Shown in pieces: positions 11,047-22,242 of a stretch of 64,000 bases of DNA. This DNA is from a virus: IMG/VR virus record IMGVR_UViG_3300045988_051359; one strand, 5' to 3'. Numbering within the stretch: the first letter of the stretch is position 1; the number at the start of each line of letters is the position of its first letter. The position numbers and the translations under genes were made by a program. The notes below the pieces were generated by a model. That model was not told where the DNA came from. It saw only the letters and a program-made list of their open reading frames with translations, and ran no database searches.

Positions 11047-11699
11047 TATACACAGTACAATATCGGCTTTGGTAATTCTAGTAATCTAGCAGCATAATAT
11101 ACAGCTCTTAATGGATTTGCACCATTGCCATCAATAGGCATAGTGTTAGAATTAAAATAATTAACACCATACTTTTTGGCAATATTATATAATCTCACTA
11201 ACAACTCAGTAGATTGACTTTTTGTTGGATCAATTTTATTTGACAGAAGCTGATCTATCAAATACTTCAGAGCTTCTCTGCAAGTAGCTCCGGTATCACC
11301 ACCGCTAAATGTATGACTGTCTATCACAATTGTTCGCACAGTGACTCCGCAGAATGCACCCTCAGCATACTTTACTTCACCGTTCTCCATTTCAATAGGA
11401 GTTCCCATTAGTCCCTGTACAGGATGAACAGGTTTCTCTACATCTCTATCATTAATGGTTATCTTACTGGAATCTAGTTGCTTTGAGGCTTTAGAAACCA
11501 TACTATCTTTAACAATAGTAGGAAGATCATCTATGTTAGTTTGACCAGTTACTCTAAATCCAACAGCTGGCAAATTACTCATAAGATTATCCTCTGCTCG
11601 TTGAAAGTCTAGCTTACTTTGTTCTAACACCTTAAAAGCATTCACATAGTCATCACAATTAGCTCTAAGAGCTATTACATCATCAATAGTTAAAGTCAT
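11046..11699 (-). CDS. hypothetical protein
   Basis: 217 aa ORF with start/stop overlap to neighbours. Confidence 0.5.
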   Translation of the reverse strand: MTLTIDDVIALRANCDDYVNAFKVLEQSKLDFQRAEDNLMSNLPAVGFRVTGQTNIDDLPTIVKDSMVSKASKQLDSSKITINDRDVEKPVHPVQGLMGTPIEMENGEVKYAEGAFCGVTVRTIVIDSHTFSGGDTGATCREALKYLIDQLLSNKIDPTKSQSTELLVRLYNIAKKYGVNYFNSNTMPIDGNGANPLRAVYYAARLLELPKPILYCV

Positions 11700-11707
11700 T
11701 GTTTACA

Positions 11708-13270
11708 TTATTGTAAGATAATTCGTCCATCTAACGTGTTCTTACCATCTACAATACTATAATCACAGGATGCAAGAGTATTACCGAAGTTCTTGTGTAT
11801 CCACTCAGAACTTCCAAATAATGAGCCTACAGACTTATAAGTAAATCTTCTACCATAGGTAGTAGCGGATTGATGTAAATCTCCCTTTACAAAGACTACA
11901 TTACCGGAGATTCCTCTATTATCCAGATACTCATTAATAAAGTTCTCAGTCTTTACATCTAGGGTTAGCGGCAAATTCTTGAACATATCCTTGTTATCTT
12001 TACCGTGACACATTACATAAGTAACGTCACCAAGTTTGAACTCTCCGATAAATTTATCAAATACTTGACACTTAATATCGAACTGTTCAAGTATAGCAGC
12101 CAATGCTATATTAGCAGCATATCCAAAATCACCATCGTGGTTAGATTCCCCAACACAGTAATAATATAAATTGGAATGCTTAATCTCTTCCTGTATAGAC
12201 TTAACAAAACTAGTCATTAGTTTTATATAAGTATGCAGTTGTTCTTTATTGCTCATATTCTGAGCTAGGTCATGTCCACCTCTAGTAGTCTGACCATTAT
12301 ATCCATCTAGAGAGTCCCCAAGATTACAGATAACAATATTCTCAAATCCTCCACCTATATGATAGGCTTCTGTATATACTCTTTTAAGAATCATATCAAA
12401 TCTTCTCTTCATCTCTTCCTCATTATAAGGATTTTGATAAATAGATTGTGGAGATACAGCTGCTCCAGTATGAATATCAGATAACCAAATGATTAAGTCT
12501 TTACCATTGGTTATCGTAGGTGATTTGCCCCAATCATACAAATTATTAATGTCTAAACCTTCTAGAATATGTTTACCATCTTCAATCTTAGACTTCAATT
12601 CTGCATTCTCTAATGCATACTTCTTTAATAAGGATTCGTTCTGTTTTATCCTTTGAGCTTCTATGCCTCTAAGAAAGTCATTCTCCTTCTCTCTTAGTTG
12701 CATAACTTGAAGCTGTTCAGGAGTATTCTCCTCTATAATATGAGGAGCAAACGGAGCTGAAGCCTTAGTAATATTAAATACTCTCAGAATCTTCTTGAAA
12801 TCTTCCAATGAATATTCTGGGAAGCTACGGCTAACTTCTCTTTGCGTGATAGAAGAGCCATAATATGAATACAATCTATAAATCATATTCATTTCATCAC
12901 GTGTAAGTCTTCCGGCTAAAGGAGCTTTATCACGCAAAGGCACAGTAAATTCATAGGCAATAATCCTACCTTCTGTGTCTCTTATATACTGAATGGTTCC
13001 AGTACTAGTCTTTTCAGAGGTATTCTTGGCTTTGGATTTAGTAGTTCCAACATAACCTCGTTCTTTAATCTGTTTAAACAAATCCATGACAGTAGAATAC
13101 TGTTCATTAGATACCTTGTTAGCCTCATAGTCAAACTCCAGTTGCTTACGCTTGTTGCAGAAATAATTCTGAGGAAGACCTGTCTTCTCAGCATAAGCAT
13201 TCATACTGACGTTATCTTTAATTACGTTACGTAAGTGACTGATCAATTTGACTAGAGTTTCGTTTCTCAT
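11708..13270 (-). CDS. calcineurin-like metallophosphoesterase with N-terminal HTH-like region
   Basis: 'SDIHTG' (GDxHG-like), 'GDSLDG' (GDxxDRG-like), 'GESNHD' (GNHE-like) phosphoesterase motifs. 520 aa. Confidence 0.55.
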   Translation of the reverse strand: MRNETLVKLISHLRNVIKDNVSMNAYAEKTGLPQNYFCNKRKQLEFDYEANKVSNEQYSTVMDLFKQIKERGYVGTTKSKAKNTSEKTSTGTIQYIRDTEGRIIAYEFTVPLRDKAPLAGRLTRDEMNMIYRLYSYYGSSITQREVSRSFPEYSLEDFKKILRVFNITKASAPFAPHIIEENTPEQLQVMQLREKENDFLRGIEAQRIKQNESLLKKYALENAELKSKIEDGKHILEGLDINNLYDWGKSPTITNGKDLIIWLSDIHTGAAVSPQSIYQNPYNEEEMKRRFDMILKRVYTEAYHIGGGFENIVICNLGDSLDGYNGQTTRGGHDLAQNMSNKEQLHTYIKLMTSFVKSIQEEIKHSNLYYYCVGESNHDGDFGYAANIALAAILEQFDIKCQVFDKFIGEFKLGDVTYVMCHGKDNKDMFKNLPLTLDVKTENFINEYLDNRGISGNVVFVKGDLHQSATTYGRRFTYKSVGSLFGSSEWIHKNFGNTLASCDYSIVDGKNTLDGRIILQ

Positions 13271-13350
13271 ATTACTGATGTAAATTAGATAGCCTTTCGG
13301 CCTTAATATAAAATTTCTAATCTCTTTGCTACTAAGTATCTATAAAGAAT

Positions 13351-13387
13351 AAGGGGACTACCTTATTAAACATAAGATAATCCCCTT
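13351..13387 (-). terminator. hairpin (AAGGGGA...TCCCCTT) followed by a U-rich tract on the minus strand
   Basis: 7-bp GC-rich stem; downstream minus-strand sequence is 'AUUCUUUAUA'. Confidence 0.4.
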
Positions 13388-13415
13388 GATATTTAAGGTC
13401 AATAGAAGTTATAAC

Positions 13416-13973
13416 TTATCCTTCAACCCCAAAGCAGATATATGTGCCCATCTTAGCTGACTTAGACGGAGTGTACTTAACTTCAAAAGCACCATCCTCA
13501 CCTTCAACTACTGCCTTAATATACTTGCAATATACGTCACCAGTGTAGTCTTTCTTAGTGTACAGTTCCTTAGCTACTTCTTTAGCCTTAGTCTTAGTCT
13601 CGAAATTGATAAACAGTACTTCACCAGTTGCAGGATTAATACCTTGATAACCAGTCTTGTACTTTCTCTTGCCTTTCTCATTCTTGATGTCAATCATAGT
13701 GTACGGACGCTCACGAGTGTCAGCAGAACCTGCCTCAAACGTAATGGAACATCCAACACCAGCAGCCATCTTAGTATGTTTAGTAAGATACTCAGCACAG
13801 AATTCCTTCAATGCTTTGTCAGTGATGGGCTTACCAGCAGCTTTCCATGCCTGAGTAGCATCACGAATTACTTGGAATGGGGCTTGTGCAACTGCTTCTT
13901 GTTTAGTGTAACCTTTAACTTCTACTTTCTTAAAATTTACTTGATTAGTCATAATTAATTGAGTTTTAAACAT
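13416..13973 (-). CDS. hypothetical protein (likely highly expressed; own promoter repeats and terminator)
   Basis: 185 aa ORF preceded by duplicated TAnnTTTG elements and followed by a hairpin. Confidence 0.55.
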   Translation of the reverse strand: MFKTQLIMTNQVNFKKVEVKGYTKQEAVAQAPFQVIRDATQAWKAAGKPITDKALKEFCAEYLTKHTKMAAGVGCSITFEAGSADTRERPYTMIDIKNEKGKRKYKTGYQGINPATGEVLFINFETKTKAKEVAKELYTKKDYTGDVYCKYIKAVVEGEDGAFEVKYTPSKSAKMGTYICFGVEG

Positions 13974-14009
13974 TATTCCATTGAGTGTAATCTCTTTGTT
14001 ATTGTATTA

Positions 14010-14025
14010 CAAAGGTACTGCTTTA
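14010..14025 (-). promoter_or_regulatory. Bacteroidetes-type -7 promoter element (TAnnTTTG) copy 1
   Basis: Minus strand reads 'TAAAGCAGTACCTTTG', containing 'TACCTTTG'. About 37 nt upstream of the 13973 start. Confidence 0.4.
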
Positions 14026-14109
14026 ATATTGGATTACCAAGCAATACTGATGTAAAATAATCTTAATGTTGTATTCTCAATCTGACCTCTTCTTTCAGGG
14101 AGGATGCTG

Positions 14110-14125
14110 CAAAGGTACTACTTTA
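14110..14125 (-). promoter_or_regulatory. Bacteroidetes-type -7 promoter element copy 2 (direct repeat exactly 100 bp from copy 1)
   Basis: Minus strand 'TAAAGTAGTACCTTTG'. Belongs to a ~45-bp imperfect direct repeat. Confidence 0.35.
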
Positions 14126-14756
14126 TCTCCAATTGGACAAGTAATGACTAATAAATAATGCGCTAAATTATTTTAACTATTATCATTAGGTGGAAAGCAA
14201 AATGTATTATTGCACGCCATGTAGCTTCACTCTCTTCATAGAATTTATCTATTATGCCATTCTCATCATTAGCGATTATCCCAGTAGCCCATAACAGTTG
14301 ATTAAATCTCATGTCTGGATACTTGTCTATTAAATCGGATAACTTATTAAGAATAGCTTTGTTGTTTACATATCTAGTGTTATTCATACACTTTAAAATG
14401 GTAAATCTGGAGTTGAATCTTCCCAGGGTAATTCTTTATCAAGAATCTCATTGATTTTATCAACCATTTCCTTAGAAGACTTCATATCGAATGTAAGGAA
14501 CTCTGTAGTATTTCTCATGAAGTCATCGCAGATAACTGCAAGACCTTTAAGAATCCTTTCAGAGTTATGAGACTCTTTACCCTTACGAACTTTCTGAATT
14601 ACTTGCCAAGTAGTAGCATTAGGAGTCTTATTTCTGGCTTGCTTAGTAAGGAAGCATATTAGTGAGATCAAGGCAAACTTAGTTCCTATATCACAAGCTA
14701 AACACCCCAAACTGAAGTAATCCTTATAATACTCCCTTAAGTCATTCAGAGTTGGC

Positions 14757-15794
14757 TCATAGTATTCCATCAGCATCGTATCCATACAGTTCGTAGTATG
14801 CTACCATACGTAACAACTTAGTAAACTCTAAGAATCCTTCTTTCATATGACCATTAGTGACTGGGTATACTCCAGACCTGAAATCAGGAACTGTAGATAC
14901 TACTAGCATATTAGCCTTTAAAGAAGGTTTGACCTTATATGTGCTCTCAATATACAGTTTAAGCATCCACATATACATAGCCATTTGTCTAGCATAATGA
15001 TACTTATCAAAACTCTCGCCAAACTTAGTAAGATAATGCCCACTTGTCTTTAAGTCATTGAGTGTTAACTCATCGCTATCAGGACAGTATGTGAAATTAT
15101 CAAGCTTAGCTTTAAGTTTTAATACCTTATTCTTGCCACCATGTTCTACCAACACAGACATTAATAAGGCTGCTTCATTAGCTATAACAGGTTCTGCAAA
15201 TAAACCTTCTGGTTTTAATAATGACTGTATTTGCTTATTGCATTCAACTGATGTGAGACATTCTCGTAGCTTGTCTCTAGACTTGGGATCTAAATAAATA
15301 GGAACCTTACCGGCAACATATTTACTTCCCCATTCATAGGCTGTACGCTGAGCATAGTAGTCTTCGCATTTAATACGTAGAGCTTCCATCTTATCAGCAT
15401 CCATTTTACCCTTATAATAGCTAACTTTATCTGATGCTGCTATAATTTCATCAGCAGTAACAACATGATTAGCTACAAATGTAGGATATAATTCATCCGC
15501 CATGAATCCAGCTTTAGCTGTAGGTCTATTAACTGTTTCTACAAGAATAAATGATTCTGGTTGCAGTATTAATTCATGTACTGCTGAACCAAAATACAGT
15601 GAGTCAGAATACCTAGAGTCTGCTTCTAAACCAGCTTTATACAAAGCAGGACTTCCACCTTGCTCTGGATTTATTAGCTTCAATCTAGAGTTACTGATGT
15701 AATCAGAATAAGCATCCCCGAAGTATTCTTCATCACTTATGTCTAAATATTCTATGGTTTCAATTAGTGGTGTTATTTTAATTTCCTCAAGCAT
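14757..15794 (-). CDS. hypothetical protein
   Basis: 345 aa ORF. Confidence 0.5.
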   Translation of the reverse strand: MLEEIKITPLIETIEYLDISDEEYFGDAYSDYISNSRLKLINPEQGGSPALYKAGLEADSRYSDSLYFGSAVHELILQPESFILVETVNRPTAKAGFMADELYPTFVANHVVTADEIIAASDKVSYYKGKMDADKMEALRIKCEDYYAQRTAYEWGSKYVAGKVPIYLDPKSRDKLRECLTSVECNKQIQSLLKPEGLFAEPVIANEAALLMSVLVEHGGKNKVLKLKAKLDNFTYCPDSDELTLNDLKTSGHYLTKFGESFDKYHYARQMAMYMWMLKLYIESTYKVKPSLKANMLVVSTVPDFRSGVYPVTNGHMKEGFLEFTKLLRMVAYYELYGYDADGIL

Positions 15795-16290
15795 ATTGCT
15801 TCATAAATAGATAAGCATCGATTATCTCAGTTCTATTTAGTGAGAATACCTTGAACATAGGGAAATCAACAGTTCTGTCTGTATGATACAGTAGCGCTGG
15901 CACCCCAGAACGTTGACATTTGATTACATTACTTAAAGAATCATCAATAAAGACATCCACTTTACCTTTAATCATATCAGCTTTATTACCATGCTGGTAT
16001 ACCATTTGATAAATTGGTCTGTCAGGAAATCCATTCCTCCTGAGCCATTCTCTAGTCCATGCCTTATTATTGACTCTCTTAGTACAATACAGCTCTGGAA
16101 TAAAGTCAGGTCTATTAATAACTGGGAGATTTAACCAGAAATCTCTCTCCTTACTAAGGATTTGTTGTACATTCCTAGTAATTATATGGTCTTTAAGCAT
16201 GTGAGGATTGTTAGCTGTATCGAAACGCTCACAATAAGCACCCCAAAAACCAGCCAAACAATCATCTATATCTAATCCTATTCTGAACAT
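15787..16290 (-). CDS. HAD-superfamily 5'(3')-deoxyribonucleotidase-like protein
   Basis: N-terminal 'GLDIDDCLAGFW' resembles the DMDGVLADF motif of NT5C-type nucleotidases. 167 aa. Confidence 0.5.
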   Translation of the reverse strand: MFRIGLDIDDCLAGFWGAYCERFDTANNPHMLKDHIITRNVQQILSKERDFWLNLPVINRPDFIPELYCTKRVNNKAWTREWLRRNGFPDRPIYQMVYQHGNKADMIKGKVDVFIDDSLSNVIKCQRSGVPALLYHTDRTVDFPMFKVFSLNRTEIIDAYLFMKQYA

Positions 16291-17011
16291 TCAATAGCAT
16301 CTTGTTATGATTTTAGAATTCTTCTATATCATAGATGTCACCAATAATTATCTCTCTGTCTCTTGACATGATTACCCCTAGTTCTTCATAATCTCCAGGT
16401 AGATCAATATCATAATCTTCAACAAACAAGTTTATAAACTTGTCTTCAGCTTCTGTGAAGCTTCTAGCTCTCACTTTCTCTAACCACAAGTCTCCATTAT
16501 TAAGACCATAACATGGTAGAATGTAAGTACTCATTTATTTAGTTTAAAATTTTAAGGCAATATAGAACTTCATAAGACAAATCAAAGCCGTAGGTAAGTC
16601 TTACTTCAGTTAAAGTGTCTTCATAAATTTCAACCATCTCTTACTAAGACTTCTTAATAAGTTCGTAAAAGAAATCTTTACTCATCATAACGTATTCTCC
16701 ATCAGAGCCCATATTCACACCTTTATCAACTTGTTTATTCCAGACTATTACTAATGGCCTGTCTTTACGTCCACAAGTTTTGATGATTTCAGCAATAGAT
16801 GGAGTATTCTTAGTACATTTGCATTGAACATAACAAGGTAATTTGTCCTCGGTTTCTGCGATATCAATCTTAGCATCATCCAAATTCTTAGATTCACTAC
16901 GAGACGATTTTAATCCTTTATAACCGAGTTCAATTAATTCCTTAATAATTTTAAGTTCATAATTATTACCCTTACGTTTAGCATAAGCACCGTTACGTTT
17001 CTTCTTTGGTT

Positions 17012-18013
17012 TTACTTCTTCAGTACCTTCCATGCTTCGTTAATTAAGTTAAGTGTTGCATCTCTACCATATTTAGCATGAAAGTCGGATATATCCTTAG
17101 CTCCATAAGATCTAGGAATCCATAGGCATTCTACTCCAAATTGCTTCCTTATCCGATTCATATTATGAATTCCAGCTAAGTCATTGTCATAGAACACTAC
17201 TATCTTCTTAAATCTCTTGCTGAGTTTCTCAAACTGAGATTCAGTTATGAATAGATTCTCAGAATTAGGAGCTATTGCAGTAATTCCTAAAGAATATAGG
17301 CACATTACGTCCTTCATACTTTTAGTAATTACTAACAAATCACCTTCTGCTGGGAGTTGATGAGCTCCTTGCAACATGACAGCCTTCCAATTAGAGAGAA
17401 ATCTTGTAGTTCCCTTGTCCCTAAGTGGAAAGTATATACGCCATAACTCAATGCCTTTATCGTTCTTACCTCGATAATAGCCGAATATGGGGTTCTGAGA
17501 ACCAGTAGTAGCATAATAATTCCCATTTAGGAATACAGTTTTACATGAATACACTCTAAATTTCTTTAGAACATCCTTAGTAATTCCATATCTATGCCAC
17601 CATTCCAGCTCTTTATCAGTGAATTCCTGTATTTCAGCCCGTATAACAGCAGGTCCCTTGTCTTTAAACTCAGTACTGCTAATTACTGGCTTACTACCTT
17701 TAGGCAACGTCTTGTGTTTGATATAACCAAAGTCATTAGCAATGATTTGTAAAGCCTTATAATAAGAGCAGCTATACTTATACATTACTACACTGATAAA
17801 ATTGCCATAAAATTGTCCACTGAAATCATTGAAGATGATATCCCCAGACGCATTCCTATAAAAGGAACACGTAGGAGAATTATCATTTCTCAACGGAGAT
17901 TTAAACAGTCCCTTCTTTACTGGGATACCAAGATAATACTCAAGATATGTCTCCTGAGATTGCCTTTCAAGTAAATACTTCTTAGTAATTTTAGGTTCAT
18001 ACTCTAATACCAT
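17012..18013 (-). CDS. DNA primase (DnaG-like: degenerate Zn-binding region + TOPRIM)
   Basis: TOPRIM-like 'VVFYDNDLAGI' with acidic DxD, preceded by 'ITKSMKD' (E/D region). N-terminal 'SPTCSFY...FNDFSG' resembles the DnaG zinc finger. Confidence 0.6.
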   Translation of the reverse strand: MVLEYEPKITKKYLLERQSQETYLEYYLGIPVKKGLFKSPLRNDNSPTCSFYRNASGDIIFNDFSGQFYGNFISVVMYKYSCSYYKALQIIANDFGYIKHKTLPKGSKPVISSTEFKDKGPAVIRAEIQEFTDKELEWWHRYGITKDVLKKFRVYSCKTVFLNGNYYATTGSQNPIFGYYRGKNDKGIELWRIYFPLRDKGTTRFLSNWKAVMLQGAHQLPAEGDLLVITKSMKDVMCLYSLGITAIAPNSENLFITESQFEKLSKRFKKIVVFYDNDLAGIHNMNRIRKQFGVECLWIPRSYGAKDISDFHAKYGRDATLNLINEAWKVLKK

Positions 18014-18060
18014 ATTAATTCGATACTTAATGTTAGAACCTTAAAGTTACTAATTATTTC

Positions 18061-18744
18061 TTATACATCAAAGTCAAGGTCTGAATTAGCTGATGCAGCA
18101 TCTCCTGCTACCCCAAAATCATCAGAACTTGTTCCCGGCATATCTGTAGGACCGTTACTCTTCTGTTTATTCATCTGATTAGTTTCATAATCAGAGAAGA
18201 AGACCTTATCACCCAGCCAGTTATTAGAGATATAAGCATCACCTGCTTTACTAATATTAACGAAGTATGGCAAACAAGGTTCACCCTTCTTATTAGCAAT
18301 CAGTTTCAGTTTAGTCTGCTTATTAACAGCATCCTTAGTAATCTCAATAAAAGTCTTAGCTAACTTCTCAAATTCATCGGGAAGTGCAAAGGTCATAGAT
18401 TTAAACTTCTCATATTTCTTAGGAGATAGTTGCTCTCCAACATGAGCTAACATAAACTTAAACTTCTCCAAATTAGACGGATTCTCACGTTCTACCCCAC
18501 CATTAGAGGTTACTGGTCTCACATCATCACCTTCCTTAGGACAGAATATAGTTTCTTCATATACTCCATTCTCATTCTCAAACGAAATCTTCATGGTCTT
18601 CCAAGTAGTACTTGGGTCTTTCTTACCAGCGAATTCGCTATAAGTTACACCCTTAAAGAGTACAGTATGGATTTCCCAAGGTTTCAGTCTAGGTTTGATT
18701 GATGATGTACCGTTAGTGTTGGATAAGTTGAAATTCATTGACAT
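18061..18744 (-). CDS. single-stranded DNA-binding protein-like
   Basis: Acidic C-terminal tail 'DLDFDV' typical of SSB; replication-gene neighbourhood. 227 aa. Confidence 0.45.
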   Translation of the reverse strand: MSMNFNLSNTNGTSSIKPRLKPWEIHTVLFKGVTYSEFAGKKDPSTTWKTMKISFENENGVYEETIFCPKEGDDVRPVTSNGGVERENPSNLEKFKFMLAHVGEQLSPKKYEKFKSMTFALPDEFEKLAKTFIEITKDAVNKQTKLKLIANKKGEPCLPYFVNISKAGDAYISNNWLGDKVFFSDYETNQMNKQKSNGPTDMPGTSSDDFGVAGDAASANSDLDFDV

Positions 18745-19310
18745 AGTTCTAATAGAATATTAAAGTTCGAAAGTTAATGGGTCAATCTCTTTAGCTGACT
18801 CATCTTCAATCTCTGTGTCTAGTGGCAAATCTACATTGTCAAAATCTTCCTTAACTTCTATGTTATCTACTTCAGGTTCTATAGGTCTGTCAGCATTACC
18901 AACTAATACAAACAAATCATCATAGCCCTTCATTTTAGTTACTGTAAATGTATCTCCATACTGTCTTAATAACTCATTGGATTTACCTCTACAGCTTACA
19001 GATAGACCTTTAGTAAGCTTATTACCACCTTTGGTACCAAAAGCTTCATCGGTACCAATAATCGGGAATGTTACTCCTTCAATCTTCTGGTAATTAATAC
19101 TAATTCTATCTCCCCAGGCAGCACCTATCATAGCAGCAGCTGCCTTATTAAGTATATACTTATTGGAATCTAATGTTACTTGAGGTTCCGCTGTATCTTC
19201 AACCTCTACTGTAACCTTCTTGGTAGGTTCCTCCTTGACTATCTCCTGCTTCAGAGATTTATATTCTCCAGTAGCAGGATCAAAGTCTAGGGTTAATAGC
19301 ATTTTAACTA

Positions 19311-20003
19311 TCATTCTCCTAATTCAAACTTATTAATTGTATCAATAACCATCTTCATATTAGGTTCGATATATAAGTCAGAGAAACATCCAGCAGTACT
19401 TCTACAAGTATCAGGACCTAAGGATTTAGTTCTGAATTTATACGTAACTTCCTCATCATTAACTATCTTCTCTGCATAGAGCAAGTAATTAAACAGTCCA
19501 TCAATATTAACACTTCTGTCCAACATCTTACCGGTGGTGAAGAGTTTATATTTAGGATCATAATCGTTACCATCATTCACAATATGTGATATGAAGATTA
19601 CGATTAAATCGTCTCGGAGAGTCATTGCCTTAAGAATTAAGTCATAATAATGCTTTGCAAAGTCAATATGCTTATCATATCCTTTCTCAGCACTTCTAGA
19701 CATTACTTCTTGAGAGAGAAGATAATTACTATCATCAATAGCTAAGACTTTAATCTCCGGTAGTTTAACATTAACTACGTTCATAATATTCATTACCTTA
19801 GCAAATTCATTACTAAAATACCAGTTACCAACGTAATTCTTGTCCTTATCCTGAGTTAACTTCTTATAATTCTTTCTAAATCCTGGAATAGATAATTGTT
19901 TTGGAGTACAACTAATAATAAATGTTTCTTTAGGATTCAAATATTGCAGCGAACTAGACTTACCACTACCTGAAAATCCTCCAAGTCCTATAATTTGGCT
20001 CAT
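19311..20003 (-). CDS. P-loop NTPase
   Basis: Walker A 'GLGGFSGSGKSSS' at the N-terminus. 230 aa. Confidence 0.5.
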   Translation of the reverse strand: MSQIIGLGGFSGSGKSSSLQYLNPKETFIISCTPKQLSIPGFRKNYKKLTQDKDKNYVGNWYFSNEFAKVMNIMNVVNVKLPEIKVLAIDDSNYLLSQEVMSRSAEKGYDKHIDFAKHYYDLILKAMTLRDDLIVIFISHIVNDGNDYDPKYKLFTTGKMLDRSVNIDGLFNYLLYAEKIVNDEEVTYKFRTKSLGPDTCRSTAGCFSDLYIEPNMKMVIDTINKFELGE

Positions 20004-20007
20004 TAAG

Positions 20008-21090
20008 TTATAATGTTATGGTTACGCGTAAATCATCTCGTTTAGCTTTAACTTCATCTTCTGGAAAGTCGATGATAGTCCAATCTGGATGTTTATACCT
20101 CTCATAGTCATTGATTTCAGATGGAATAGGTAACTCTTTAAAGATACCACATCTACCATAAAATCCTGTACCAATAGCTATGCCAGACGAACCAAATCTA
20201 TTCTTAAGAACCAGTAATGACCTGAATCCATCCTTTAGTTCCTTTATGTCATATCCTCTATAAGAAGACAATTTGTTCCTAAATGGATTATACAATACTA
20301 ATACAACATTAGCATCCTCACTAGGAGAACCACTTTCCTTCAAATCGGACAAATCTGGCTCCTGTAATCCTTGCTTTAGTCTTTCAGAATTATTAGAATT
20401 TCTATTAAACTGCATAATATTAATTGGGGATACTTTACATTTATTTCTAAATGATACCCCATATGCAGAAATAGTATCAATCTCTTCTTTCTTACTACGA
20501 CCTGGCAACGGTCTTACTAAGCCCAAATGGTCAGTAATTATAGCTATGATCTGATTAGGATTATTAAGTATATAAGTGTCTTCATCAACAAAGGTTCCAA
20601 ACTTCTTCAAGTCTGCTATAACCATTTCTTTATACTTCTCTGAATTTAAAGTTCCATCATGTATTATGAGTCTGTCTTCTATTGATTCCAGCCATGGAAT
20701 ACATTCTTGAACTAAATCATAATCCTCGTCAGATAGTATTACTCCCTTACCTCTAGAAAGCAATTCTTTAAAAGATATCTGTTTACCATAAGTCTCATAA
20801 ATGTGAATAGAAAGCAGTTTAGCTAATAGCTGTTCTGCACTCATTTCCAGTGAGAATATAATAAACCGTAAATCTCTATCTTGACTTGTATCAAGAAGTG
20901 CTTTATAAATAAAAGAGTGAAGTACTAAACTGGTTTTACCATTACCAGTTCCTGCTGCTACTAAGTAATATGTTTCTTGAGTTAATCCGTCAATAATCTG
21001 TTCTAATTTGGGCAGACCTAGTGATAATCCTTGATTATCACCTCTTCTACCTCTTTCGATTAGATTCAATAAGCTATTAGTATGTGTCAT
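20008..21090 (-). CDS. DnaB-family replicative helicase (RecA-like C-terminal domain)
   Basis: 'GLSLGLPKLEQIIDGL...YLVAAGTGNGKTSLVL' matches the DnaB C-domain linker and Walker A. 360 aa. Confidence 0.65.
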   Translation of the reverse strand: MTHTNSLLNLIERGRRGDNQGLSLGLPKLEQIIDGLTQETYYLVAAGTGNGKTSLVLHSFIYKALLDTSQDRDLRFIIFSLEMSAEQLLAKLLSIHIYETYGKQISFKELLSRGKGVILSDEDYDLVQECIPWLESIEDRLIIHDGTLNSEKYKEMVIADLKKFGTFVDEDTYILNNPNQIIAIITDHLGLVRPLPGRSKKEEIDTISAYGVSFRNKCKVSPINIMQFNRNSNNSERLKQGLQEPDLSDLKESGSPSEDANVVLVLYNPFRNKLSSYRGYDIKELKDGFRSLLVLKNRFGSSGIAIGTGFYGRCGIFKELPIPSEINDYERYKHPDWTIIDFPEDEVKAKRDDLRVTITL

Positions 21091-21710
21091 AATTCTGTTA
21101 TAGTATCAAATACCATTTCATCAAAGTGACCTTCCTTAAATGCTTTAATAGATTCCCAAGATTTAGATATAATGAAATCAGCTATATTCTTATTAAGCAG
21201 ATTACATTTATTCTTCTTAGCCCAGTCGATTAACTCTAGTACTTCTTTATGCTTATCTTTACTCCATCCGATATTCTTACCATATCGGAAGAACATTTCA
21301 TCTTCAGTAAAGAATCGTTTGGCGAAATTCCGCATATCATATTCTTTGCCGTTAATAATACCTATTGGAGGATAAGCATCCCATAATTCTTGACCCAGTT
21401 CTCCTGAGTACTTTCTGTAATTTCTCATGAAATTCTCATTAAAGATCACAGTTTCGGGGTCAAACTTCTGACCCGCTTCAGGGACTTTATACTTCTTAGT
21501 AATAATTCCCTTAGTTTGAAGACTTAGTAAGATAGTCCTCAATCCAGTTTTAGTAATAGGCAATCCAAGATATTTAGTAAGGAATTCTCCATGACCTTCC
21601 TCTGGTTGCGCTATAAATAATAACTCAATCATTAACAACTCCTCAGCAGTAAGTCTATACTGCTCCATCATTAACAATTGGTTGTCCAAAGACGTCTTTA
21701 ATTTATCCAA
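21087..21710 (-). CDS. hypothetical protein
   Basis: 207 aa ORF. Confidence 0.5.
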   Translation of the reverse strand: MDKLKTSLDNQLLMMEQYRLTAEELLMIELLFIAQPEEGHGEFLTKYLGLPITKTGLRTILLSLQTKGIITKKYKVPEAGQKFDPETVIFNENFMRNYRKYSGELGQELWDAYPPIGIINGKEYDMRNFAKRFFTEDEMFFRYGKNIGWSKDKHKEVLELIDWAKKNKCNLLNKNIADFIISKSWESIKAFKEGHFDEMVFDTITEL

Positions 21711-22242
21711 GCTAATGATTAATAAGTTAGTAACTTACCAATCTATTATGCTGCAATAGTGTTATTCTGATTTCTCAGTGTCCTCAATTACATAAGCATC
21801 CTCAGCTACTTCAAATGGAGATAAGAAATCCTCAATGAGTTCTTCCTGTCTTTTAGCCATAGCCTTAGAATCATATACTTTACCATTAAAGGTAAATTCT
21901 CCCTTCCCATTTATGCCATTAGTAACAACAGCATCAAATACAGAAGTGAGAGTAAATAGTTCAACTATACGTTCAACTGTCATTTCAAATTCTCGATATG
22001 AGTTACAAAGATAATCCAATCTATTTATACTACCAACTGAATCTACCTAAATTTGAGGTTTCTCATAAGGCTTGGCACATCTAACACCTTATTCCCTATA
22101 GAAGCAGAGACAATGCAAATGCTAGCCTTAGAATGTCTCTCTAATAGGTGCAACAGACCAAATATGTCTACATTCGCAGTAGTAACTGGCAAAGGTAATA
22201 CAACTTCTTGGTCCATTACGTCATAATAGTTCACGGTATACA

